Position numbers and translations under genes: made by a program | Origin: Patescibacteria group bacterium | GTDB taxonomy: Bacteria; Patescibacteriota; Minisyncoccia; UBA6257; GWB1-50-10 | Reading direction: 5' to 3' | NCBI GenBank assembly: GCA_038065455.1 | Contig: JBBTQX010000003.1 | Span: 24,253-88,252, forward strand | Length of the DNA stretch: 64,000 nucleotides | In this document: piece by piece, positions 39,025 to 47,465 of the stretch | How the letters are laid out: each line of letters begins with the position of its first letter | Numbering within the stretch: the first letter of the stretch is position 1 | Notes under the pieces: generated by a model | Told to the model about the DNA's origin: nothing | Seen by the model: the letters and a program-made list of their open reading frames with translations, nothing else | Databases searched by the model: none

Positions 39025-39282
39025 ATGAACCAAACAATTCACGAATTCGATGAGTTCGGGTGCACTAATGGGCCAGATTGCGAACAGTGCAAACAGTTGG
39101 ATATTGAGATATTAAGGTGGGAACAACGACATCCCACGAGAACAAAGCTGTTCAACGCACTGAAAATTATTGTTCCAGCCGTGGGGGTTACCTTTACATT
39201 CTTGTGCATGGCCGGGATGTACATATACGTAACCTGGTTATTAACATCCAAAACACTACAAATCCTAAGGGGTTTGTTCTAA
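39025..39282 (+). CDS. Small Cys-rich protein with a C-terminal TM helix. The likely start is 39025 with an AAGGA SD. The ORF track begins at 38953.
   Basis: CTNGPDCEQC N-terminal motif. Hydrophobic C-terminus. Followed by a terminator. Confidence 0.35.
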   Translation: MNQTIHEFDEFGCTNGPDCEQCKQLDIEILRWEQRHPTRTKLFNALKIIVPAVGVTFTFLCMAGMYIYVTWLLTSKTLQILRGLF

Positions 39283-39305
39283 TTCAATTTCTTTTGGGTT
39301 ACTAG

Positions 39306-39336
39306 GGACTGGAAAACACTTCCAGTCCTATTTTTT
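39306..39336 (+). terminator. Rho-independent terminator (GGACTGGAA / TTCCAGTCC stem followed by a T run).
   Basis: 9-bp perfect stem, 5-nt loop, TATTTTTT tail. Confidence 0.55.
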
Positions 39337-39356
39337 ATAGTTATTTTCGGGTATTC

Positions 39357-39602
39357 CTAGTTAATTGGCACAAGAGATAACGACTTTTTAAGATAGTATC
39401 TAGGGTTTTCAAACAATTTTTGGTATGGGAGCTTCATGCTCTTGAGCCAGGTGTGGGAGAGAAGGGAAAAGCGGATCCGACAACTGCGGCAATGATATCT
39501 TCCTTGTCTGGCGACGACCTTTCTCGTACTCCAACCCCGATATTTGACCAGACGAACCGCTTCCATCCGGAGCTTGGGCATATGATGATTCTTTGTATAC
39601 AT
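39357..39602 (-). mobile_element. Remnant of an IS1595-family transposase. Only the N-terminal zinc-ribbon part is present; there is no DDE domain.
   Basis: 81-aa ORF with YHCRSCRIRFS...KLPYQKLF, resembling the IS1595/ISXO2 N-terminal Zn-ribbon region. Truncated. Confidence 0.35.
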
Positions 39603-39748
39603 GCTTGGATTCTAATTCAATCAGGTGATTCCAAGCTATTGGGATATTACGTCAAATTTGACATAAATACTACAGTATGTTAAACTATTAAAAGTTAATT
39701 CACATTGTTAAAAACAAATAAACTGCGTAGAAACGCAAGGAGGTTCCC

Positions 39749-40410
39749 GTGTCATATTCATATGTATACGCTTCAGAAGAAAAATTGTTCGAGATCATCG
39801 CTCGTATTTTGTGCGATAATAGAAATAGACTCAAAAAACCCGTTGATTCTGTCTGTTTCTTCGGACAGACAACCGAGAATGACATGCCGATGATTAGAAG
39901 TGCGGCAAACATTCAAATGGGTGGTCTGGCTCGCCTCGTAGCCATAACAGGATTCGCCGGCGAGAAAAACGGCAGTTTTGAAGTACGTGGTTCCAAGTCT
40001 TTCGCGAACGAAATTATGAAACTCGGAGTTGCTTCAAAGAACATAGTTTCTTTTCCGCTCTCAAAAAATTCCCGCCTTGCACCGATGCCGAAGCAATTGG
40101 GGTCGTTGAGTTTGCGAAATCCCAGGGATGGAAATCCCTCATCGTGACGGTTCCTCCGCTTCACCAGGCCCGGGCTTTCATTTCGACTGTGAGCGCGGCA
40201 ATCAAATACTATCCGGAACTCAAGGTCTACAGTATACCGTCTGAGGCACTTCCTTGGACCGAGGAAGTGATTCACTCTCAGAGCGCACCCCGTGCGAAAC
40301 GGAGTGAACAGTTCGGCGGAGAATTGGCGAAACTCGCCAAATACTCCGGAAAAGGCGATCATGTGTCGCCCGACGAAATCCTCGCCTATCTCAACCGGCG
40401 AGATCAATGA
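39749..40410 (+). pseudogene. Frameshifted paralog of the DUF218-like gene. It is split into ORFs 39749..40147 and 40144..40410 by a -1 change in an A6 homopolymer at 40063..40068.
   Basis: Both halves align to 38198..38872 (PPLHQARAF, HSQSAPRAKRSE vs HSQGILKGTRSE). Restoring a seventh A gives a continuous LSKKFPP reading. GTG start with an AAGGAGG SD. Confidence 0.55.
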
Positions 40411-40483
40411 TAACTATTCGGTAAAAACCGAAATCCCGCAAGATATTTTTGCGGGATTTTTATTTTCCGCTGAAAATTCTTAC

Positions 40484-41080
40484 TTACCCGCGTTCGGCCA
40501 GATGATCGAAGTAGTCCACGAAGTAGCGAGTAATCATGTGCAAAATAACGCCGTGAACGCTCTCCACCGCCTCATACTCCCCCGGAGGAGTTTTGACCAA
40601 TATTTTAGCGGTCGCCAATTCATTCAATTTTCCGCCATCAAAACCCGAAAGGCCGATGATAGGAACTTTGTATTCTTTGGCGACTTCAACCGCTTTTATT
40701 ATATTCGGCGATTTTCCGGAACTGGAAATGGCGATAATGGCATCGGTGTCCTGGATATAATTTTTAAGAGGGCCAGCGAAAACCATATCATAGCCCACGT
40801 CGTTCGCCCAAGCGGTCAGCTCCGATTCGGTGGTGGGAAGCCGTATGGCTTGGAAACGGCGGGCATGCATATCGAGATGATGGCTGAAAACCGTTTTGTT
40901 GAAGTCGCTTACCCAGTGGGTAGCGAGAGCCAAAGAACCCCCATTCCCGAAGATATATATTCTTCCGTCGCGTTCATAGGTCGCCTGAAGGATATCAATC
41001 GCCTTCGCAATTTCTTCGTGGGGCAAGTTGCGGATAAGAGCAATGACCTTTTCCGAAAAATCTTTTATGTATTTTTCCAT
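40484..41080 (-). CDS. gmhA: Phosphoheptose isomerase (sedoheptulose-7-phosphate isomerase, SIS domain).
   Basis: RIYIFGNGGSLALATHWVSDF SIS motif. 198 aa. Confidence 0.75.
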   Translation of the reverse strand: MEKYIKDFSEKVIALIRNLPHEEIAKAIDILQATYERDGRIYIFGNGGSLALATHWVSDFNKTVFSHHLDMHARRFQAIRLPTTESELTAWANDVGYDMVFAGPLKNYIQDTDAIIAISSSGKSPNIIKAVEVAKEYKVPIIGLSGFDGGKLNELATAKILVKTPPGEYEAVESVHGVILHMITRYFVDYFDHLAERG

Positions 41081-41090
41081 CTCCTATAAA

Positions 41091-42116
41091 TTATACCTCT
41101 CTTACCTTAAAAGTATTGTCGTTGTTCATTAAAATTTCCCCGCCCGATTGGACAAAACTGAAGGGAATTTCGTTGAAATCCTGCAATTGATGGGTATTCG
41201 CCGATTTTTGCATTGCTTGGCGGATGGCCGGCTTCTTATCAAGCGGTGCGATAAACAAAACGCAGCCGCCTCCGCCCGCGCCCAGAATTTTCCCGCCCCA
41301 AGCACCGGCATTCAATCCCGCCGTATAAAGACTATCTATAATCGGATTAGAAACATTGGAAGCCAGTGTCTTTTTGAGCATCCAGCCCTCGTGAAGCATT
41401 CTTCCCAATCCTTCAAAATCCCCCGCTATGAGCTTGTCCCGGAATTCAAATACCGAATCGGACATCTTTTTTAAAACCTCGAATTTGTTTTCCGTATTCG
41501 CGCGCTGTTCCGTAAGCACGGATGAAGCATCGCGGGCAATGCCGGTGTAAAAAAGCATAAGATGGTCCTGAAACGCCGCTTTTTGCTTGAAATCCAACCG
41601 AACCGGAGAAACGTCTACCGAATGGTCCTGGTTGAACTGAAAAATATTCAACCCCCCGAAAGCGGAGGCATACTGGTCCTGTTTGCCGATCGGCTCTTTG
41701 ACCAGGTCAATTTCCAGATGCGATGCCAACTCGGCTATTTCTCCCCGCCCCATCTTCTTTCCCTGTGAAAGCGAAAGAGCCTTCATAAGCGCCACCGAAA
41801 AACTGGAAGAAGAACCCAAACCCGTCTTTACCGGCACGTCGGAAAACGTGGCCACATCAATGTTGTTATGGATGCCGAAATGAAGAAGCGCTTCGCGAAC
41901 CCGGTTATGCTTAAGTTCTTTCGGATGATTCACCAATTCGGATGTGACATACCGTACGGAAACCGTTTTAACGAGCGGCGGCCGGTTTATGGTCGCGTAG
42001 GCATATTTATCTATGGCAACGGAAATAACGCGGCCGGGATAACGCGTATAAAACTCTTTGAAGTCGGTGCCGCCCCCGACGAAACTTATCCGCATAGGCG
42101 CTCTCGCGATTATCAT
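41091..42116 (-). CDS. GHMP kinase, D-glycero-alpha-D-manno-heptose 7-phosphate kinase (HddA-like).
   Basis: MIIARAPMRISFVGGGTDF N-terminus. GLGSSSSFSVALMKAL GHMP motif. 341 aa. Confidence 0.65.
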   Translation of the reverse strand: MIIARAPMRISFVGGGTDFKEFYTRYPGRVISVAIDKYAYATINRPPLVKTVSVRYVTSELVNHPKELKHNRVREALLHFGIHNNIDVATFSDVPVKTGLGSSSSFSVALMKALSLSQGKKMGRGEIAELASHLEIDLVKEPIGKQDQYASAFGGLNIFQFNQDHSVDVSPVRLDFKQKAAFQDHLMLFYTGIARDASSVLTEQRANTENKFEVLKKMSDSVFEFRDKLIAGDFEGLGRMLHEGWMLKKTLASNVSNPIIDSLYTAGLNAGAWGGKILGAGGGGCVLFIAPLDKKPAIRQAMQKSANTHQLQDFNEIPFSFVQSGGEILMNNDNTFKVREV

Positions 42117-42160
42117 AACCTATTCACTTTATCCCAAAAAGACAACAAAAATCAAGTCCG

Positions 42161-43345
42161 TCAAGCCGTTATTTTTTTTATCAGCCGGTCGCAAGCTTTT
42201 TCCACCTCGTCCACGGTGATAAGCTCCATGCTTTTATGGACGCATTCCTTTTTCCGATAATCACATTCCAGAAAACGGTGCTGGATAACCTCGTGCCCGG
42301 CGCCGTAAGGAAACCAAAGCCCCGGAATATTCATCGTGGAAAAAAGGGAAACGGTCGGTTTTCCGAACGACGCCATAATATGCATCGGTCCGCTGTCGAT
42401 ACCGAGAAGAAAAGAACAATGCCTGATGAGAGCGGCGGATTCTATCACCATCAGTTTTCCGGCGGTTATCAGAATTTTGTCGGCCTTAAGGTTCCGGGCA
42501 ATCAATTCCGCTTCTTTAACATCTCCCGGGCCGCCGATGATTACGATGCGGGCATTATATTTATCGATTAAATATTCCAAAACCTCCGCGAATCTCTCGG
42601 GTAGCCAGCGTTTCTCCGGAAAATTGGCCTTGGTTGCGAATTGGAGAGCAATAAGGAGTTTCGGCGGCTCGGCGCCCCATTTTGTGGCGAGAATTTCTTT
42701 GACTTTCGCTTCGGCTTCAACCGGAATGGGCAAATCGAATTCCGCATCTCCGACTTTTACGCCCGCTTCCTTCAAAATATCAAGAAGAGTATCCGTTTCC
42801 TGGCGGGCCAGAGTCCAGTCAATCTGCGTTTTTTTGAATAAATTTATAATGACCCGGACCCGAAAACCGAAGGCCGATTTCACTCCCAGAAGGCGGGCAA
42901 AGACCATATTGCGAAAGAGAACCCGAAAACGAGCCCAGGAATCCGCCGGCAAGTTTATGAATATATCGTAATGTTCTTTTCTTAAGCCGCGGACTAGCCG
43001 CAAAATGCTTCCCCAGGAATCAAAATCGTTCACGTCGTATTTGATTATCCGGTCCAGATACCAGGCGCCATGGAGAAGCTCCGAAGCTCCCGGAATGCCT
43101 TTGACGCCCGGCGAAGTAAGAAGGGTGATTTCCGCTTCCGGGTAATTCTTCCGAATGGCGATAAACGACGGAATGGCGCAGATTATATCGCCGATATTTC
43201 CCACTTTGAAAACGAGTATCTTTTTCGGAGATTCGACTCTCCGAAAGAAAAAAACCGCTTCGCAAACCCTTAACGCGAGATTAAGGGAATTTTTGGACAG
43301 CCGGACGATTCCAAGTTCTATTTTCTGTTTGAAACCCGGTTCCAT
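42161..43345 (-). CDS. Family 9 glycosyltransferase (heptosyltransferase-like).
   Basis: KILVFKVGNIGDIICAIP N-terminal motif typical of GT9. C-terminal GIDSGPMHIMAS region. Confidence 0.7.
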   Translation of the reverse strand: MEPGFKQKIELGIVRLSKNSLNLALRVCEAVFFFRRVESPKKILVFKVGNIGDIICAIPSFIAIRKNYPEAEITLLTSPGVKGIPGASELLHGAWYLDRIIKYDVNDFDSWGSILRLVRGLRKEHYDIFINLPADSWARFRVLFRNMVFARLLGVKSAFGFRVRVIINLFKKTQIDWTLARQETDTLLDILKEAGVKVGDAEFDLPIPVEAEAKVKEILATKWGAEPPKLLIALQFATKANFPEKRWLPERFAEVLEYLIDKYNARIVIIGGPGDVKEAELIARNLKADKILITAGKLMVIESAALIRHCSFLLGIDSGPMHIMASFGKPTVSLFSTMNIPGLWFPYGAGHEVIQHRFLECDYRKKECVHKSMELITVDEVEKACDRLIKKITA

Positions 43346-43349
43346 TGGA

Positions 43350-43916
43350 TTAATCCGCCTCCAATCCTCCGGAAAGCTTCAGAAATTCTTTGAAGCTTTT
43401 TCCTTTCAAATCCCTCTCCGACAGTTCGCTGGGATTTTTAACGGGCCAGCCGATATTCAGGTCCGAATCGTTCCATAAAATCGCGTCTTGGGATTCCGGA
43501 TGATAATAATTGTCCATTTTATAAAGAAGGGTGCAGTCGTCGGAGAGAGTACAGAGGCCGTTCGCGAATCCCCGCGGCGTGTAAACCATATTCTTTTTTA
43601 GGGAGGAAAGCTCAATAGAGTCCCATTGTCCCAGAGTCGGCGAACCTTTCCTCAAATCAACCCAAACCAGAAACGCCTCGCCCGAAGAAACCCGCATAAG
43701 CTTGCCTTCCGAATGCGGCGGATATTGGAAATGCAGTCCGCGAACAACCCCTTTCTTTTTTGAAAATGATTCGTTCTCCTGCACCCACTCGCGCGCGATT
43801 CCCCGCTCTCCAAATACATTTTTATCGTAAGTCCGGACAAAAAATCCCCGCGCATCTTCATGGGGCTCGAGCGTTATTTCGAAAACGCCCTTCAATTTTC
43901 TTTCCTTGATAACCAT
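43350..43916 (-). CDS. RmlC-like cupin sugar-nucleotide 3,5-epimerase.
   Basis: VRGLHFQYPPHSEGKLMRVSSGEAFLVWVDLRKGSPTLGQW matches the RmlC core. Confidence 0.7.
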   Translation of the reverse strand: MVIKERKLKGVFEITLEPHEDARGFFVRTYDKNVFGERGIAREWVQENESFSKKKGVVRGLHFQYPPHSEGKLMRVSSGEAFLVWVDLRKGSPTLGQWDSIELSSLKKNMVYTPRGFANGLCTLSDDCTLLYKMDNYYHPESQDAILWNDSDLNIGWPVKNPSELSERDLKGKSFKEFLKLSGGLEAD

Positions 43917-43919
43917 GGC

Positions 43920-45155
43920 TTACGTTTTGATGATGCGCGGATCGTTCGGCAAGGGCACGATGTAAGTCCCCTTGAAACCGAAATCTTTCTCCAAATAATT
44001 CCTGATCTCTTCCTCGAAATTCCAGGCCAGAATGAAAACATGAGTGGGTTTTCGGGCCATTACCGCCTCCGGCTTCTCTATCGGAATGCGGGAACCGGCG
44101 GTATATCTTCCCTGTTTCAGGGGATTTTTATCGGCGATAACCGGCAGACGGCTCCTGTTTATGCCGCAGAAATTCAAAAGAGCCGAGCTCCGGGCCGAGG
44201 CGCCGTAGCCGACAACGAGTCCGTTCGGATCGGACTTTTTGGCCTCATCCAGCATTTCATTCAGCTTATCCCGATGGGAAATGGAACGGGCGGCGAATCC
44301 CTGCCAGGAAGCAAAGGAATTCAATCCGATTTTTTCTTCGTTGTCCCTATAGCTTTTAAGCAGAGCGCTTTCCTCGCCGCGGCTCTTTTTCGCGTAAACT
44401 ACCATCGAGCCGCCGCTGATGGGACTCGCCATAATATCGAAGACGAAAAGTCCGGAATCGTTAAGGAGCTTTTCCAGACTCTTGAGGGTGAAATAGCACA
44501 AATGCTCGTGGTAAATCGAGTCGTAATGGAGCCCTTCCAGGATTATCTTCGCATAGTGGGCTTCTATCGCAAGCGTTCCGTCGTCGCTCAACGCGCGAGC
44601 CAGCCCTTTTACAAAATCGACGGTGTTCGCCACGTGCGGCAAAACATTGCGGGCGAATATCGCCTTTGCCTTTCCCCGCTCCGAAACTAATTTTTCGGCT
44701 TCGGCTTCGCTCCAAAAAGCGCAAAGGGTCGGAGCGCCGGCCTTCTCCGCCATCTCCGCAATATTTTTGGCCGGATCAACGCCCAAAACCTTATACCCTT
44801 TTTCAATAAACGGGAATAGGAAAGTTCCGTCGTTCGAGGCAACTTCAAGAACATATCCGTCTTCTTTCGGCACGCGCGCGATAAGTTCATCGGCGAAAGT
44901 TTGAGAATATTTTTGCGCCACGCCCGAAGTGCCAGTCACCCAGACATATTCGTCGAAAAGAATCTTCGGGTCCGCCGTATAATCCAGCTGGACCAGGTTG
45001 CAATCGGCGCACCAGCTCAAGGAGAGCGGGTAATAATTTTCTTTTTCGTCGGGGCCGGCAGGCAGAGAATTAGCCAGCGGCTGAGAACCCAAATCGAAGA
45101 ACGGCTTCAGATTAGGGCTGTTGCAAACTCGACAATGGTCGATTAATCCCATCAT
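43920..45155 (-). CDS. NDP-hexose C-methyltransferase family protein (paralog of 3716..4957).
   Basis: CRVCNS...CADCNL Zn ribbon followed by a methyltransferase fold. 411 aa. Confidence 0.6.
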   Translation of the reverse strand: MMGLIDHCRVCNSPNLKPFFDLGSQPLANSLPAGPDEKENYYPLSLSWCADCNLVQLDYTADPKILFDEYVWVTGTSGVAQKYSQTFADELIARVPKEDGYVLEVASNDGTFLFPFIEKGYKVLGVDPAKNIAEMAEKAGAPTLCAFWSEAEAEKLVSERGKAKAIFARNVLPHVANTVDFVKGLARALSDDGTLAIEAHYAKIILEGLHYDSIYHEHLCYFTLKSLEKLLNDSGLFVFDIMASPISGGSMVVYAKKSRGEESALLKSYRDNEEKIGLNSFASWQGFAARSISHRDKLNEMLDEAKKSDPNGLVVGYGASARSSALLNFCGINRSRLPVIADKNPLKQGRYTAGSRIPIEKPEAVMARKPTHVFILAWNFEEEIRNYLEKDFGFKGTYIVPLPNDPRIIKT

Positions 45156-45182
45156 TGGATTAAATTTAGCAATAAAATGCGC

Positions 45183-45959
45183 TTACGGCAACTTGCGGAC
45201 AATAAGATGGCCGGTCTTCACGAAGAAACTTTTGAAAAGTCCGGGATAATTCAGAACTTCGCAGCGATGCGCCATAAACCAAAGAACGGCCGCGTGCGGG
45301 TCAATGGAATTGCAGGCGTCTGAATCGGCATCCCAAAACTTCTCGTAGTTCGCCTTCAATTTCCTGTAGTCGAGTTTTTCTTGGGATTTTTTATTGAGAA
45401 TGAATTTAACCGTCCGCCAAATTCTTTTGGGAACGATGAAAAGCAGGCGGAAAAGCAAATTATCCCGCCATAGAATGGAAAATTTTATGAGTTTGCCCCA
45501 AAGACCGAAATCGCAGTAGGGCCGAACCGAGTAGTTCTCCGCCGCCCACGGCCTCACCTGCCAAGCCGGTTTAAAAAGAAATATGCCGCCATTTTTCAAA
45601 ACGCGGAGCGATTCGTTTAGCGCCCGGTCAATTTCGGGAATATGCTCAAAAACGGAAATGCTGAGGATGACATCGAAAGTTTCGTCCTTAAACGGATAAC
45701 TCTCCCCCTCTTTATCGACAAAGAATGGTTTGTGGTAAAACTTCCTCAAATTCTCCGCTACATCGAAACCGGTATAATCCCGGACGATATCCTGAAACTG
45801 GCCGGCGGCGCTGCCGATCTCCAAAACTTTTTTGTCTCCGAGATTAAAATCGGTTACGAATTTTTTGAGTTCCGGGTAGAAATTATGCTCCTCCGGACGC
45901 GCGGCGGGATTGGTCGCTTTGGAATGGTATTCCTTGCTGTAAAATTCCTTAAATTCCAT
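45183..45959 (-). CDS. Class I SAM-dependent methyltransferase.
   Basis: VLEIGSAAGQF motif I. Confidence 0.55.
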   Translation of the reverse strand: MEFKEFYSKEYHSKATNPAARPEEHNFYPELKKFVTDFNLGDKKVLEIGSAAGQFQDIVRDYTGFDVAENLRKFYHKPFFVDKEGESYPFKDETFDVILSISVFEHIPEIDRALNESLRVLKNGGIFLFKPAWQVRPWAAENYSVRPYCDFGLWGKLIKFSILWRDNLLFRLLFIVPKRIWRTVKFILNKKSQEKLDYRKLKANYEKFWDADSDACNSIDPHAAVLWFMAHRCEVLNYPGLFKSFFVKTGHLIVRKLP

Positions 45960-46902
45960 GACTCTCTCGATACCAGGCCACGAGTTTCTTTACGCCGTCG
46001 GCATATTTGGTTTTCGGCTCCCAACCCAAAAGCCTTTTGGCCTTCTCAATATCGGCAAGGGTCTGGTCAACATCGCCGGGCGGCATAGGCATCTCGTTGA
46101 TTATCGCTTTCTTTCCGACCGCCTCTTCCAAAGTTGCAATCATCTGGTTCAAAGTGATGGCATCCGAACCGCCAAGATTGATTATTTCAAAACCGAAGCT
46201 CTTGTCCAAACAGGCCATGATTCCTTCAACGATATCGTCAACATACGTGTAGTCGCGCCTGGAACTTCCGTCTCCGTATTTTTTTATCGGCCGGCCGTTC
46301 ACAATATCGTTCACCATCGTAAAGTGGGCCATATCCGGCCGGTTATTGGGACCGTAGACCGAAAAAAACCTCAAACAAACCATATTGAGGTTATAAAGAT
46401 AATGGTAGTTAAAACAAAAGAGCTCGTTGGCTTTTTTGGTCGCGGCGTAAGGGCTGATCGGATAGTCAACATTATCCGTCTCGGAGAACGGAACTTTTTT
46501 GTTGTTTCCATAAACCGAGGAAGATGAAGCAAAGATGAAATTTTTCACCTTATAGCGCCTGCAGACCTCCAAAAGATGGAGGGTCCCGACTATGTTATTG
46601 ACGGTAAAACCTTCCGGATCGTCCAGAGAAGCGCGCACGCCGGCTTTGGCGGCGAGATGGATGACCGCGTCAATATGATTCTCGATAAAAACCTTCTCCA
46701 GAGCGTTGTGATTCACGATATCTTCAATGACGCAGGTAAAATTCGGATTATTCTGGAACGGAGTGATGTTCTGTTTTTTGATATCCGGCGAATAGTAGCT
46801 GTTAAAATTATCCAAGCAGATGACCTGATGGTTTTCCTTGAGCAAGCGTACGCAGAGATTGGAACCGATGAATCCGGCTCCGCCGGTAACGAGTATCTTC
46901 AT
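45949..46902 (-). CDS. NAD-dependent epimerase/dehydratase (UDP-glucuronate decarboxylase / 4-epimerase-like).
   Basis: MKILVTGGAGFIGSNLCVRLL. YxxxK present. Confidence 0.65.
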   Translation of the reverse strand: MKILVTGGAGFIGSNLCVRLLKENHQVICLDNFNSYYSPDIKKQNITPFQNNPNFTCVIEDIVNHNALEKVFIENHIDAVIHLAAKAGVRASLDDPEGFTVNNIVGTLHLLEVCRRYKVKNFIFASSSSVYGNNKKVPFSETDNVDYPISPYAATKKANELFCFNYHYLYNLNMVCLRFFSVYGPNNRPDMAHFTMVNDIVNGRPIKKYGDGSSRRDYTYVDDIVEGIMACLDKSFGFEIINLGGSDAITLNQMIATLEEAVGKKAIINEMPMPPGDVDQTLADIEKAKRLLGWEPKTKYADGVKKLVAWYRESHGI

Positions 46903-47465
46903 TTGCTTAAGATATCTTTTATCTTTTGGTCGTCGGGCCAGTATTTCAAAATAGTGTTCGCGATTTCTTTTAATTTTTCTCCTTCCCCTTTCGCCTGGTA
47001 GAGATCTAAAAGACTGTAAAGCACCGGCGGGAGCTTGGGGCCGATCGCGAGCGCCGCCCGATAAGCTTCTTCGGATTTAACAAAGTCTTCCTCCTGACGA
47101 TACTTCTGCCACAAAAGACTGTAAAGATTTCCGCGAATTATGAGATGCCGCACATCGTTTTTGAAAAGATACGGTTCAATAAAAGAAACCAGCTCCCGGG
47201 AAAGAGCTTCGGGATTATTCTGCGAAACCAGGCTTGTTATGGTATCGCTGCTGAAAAATTTCACGATTTCCTCCTGGCCGATCGGAGAATAGAACGAAAG
47301 CGCTCGGCCGAAAACATCCTTGAACTCCGGAAGCGTTTTTATCGAATTGAGCATATTGATAGCCCTCACGTAAGAACGCGATTTTTCGAACGGAAGATAG
47401 GAACCGAAAATAATAGCGAGAACCGCAAGAAGAATTCCGAAAAATATGAATATTTTCTTAATCAT
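46899..47465 (-). CDS. Membrane-anchored protein with TPR-like helical repeats. Function unknown.
   Basis: N-terminal TM helix. Helical repeat composition. Confidence 0.3.
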   Translation of the reverse strand: MIKKIFIFFGILLAVLAIIFGSYLPFEKSRSYVRAINMLNSIKTLPEFKDVFGRALSFYSPIGQEEIVKFFSSDTITSLVSQNNPEALSRELVSFIEPYLFKNDVRHLIIRGNLYSLLWQKYRQEEDFVKSEEAYRAALAIGPKLPPVLYSLLDLYQAKGEGEKLKEIANTILKYWPDDQKIKDILSK

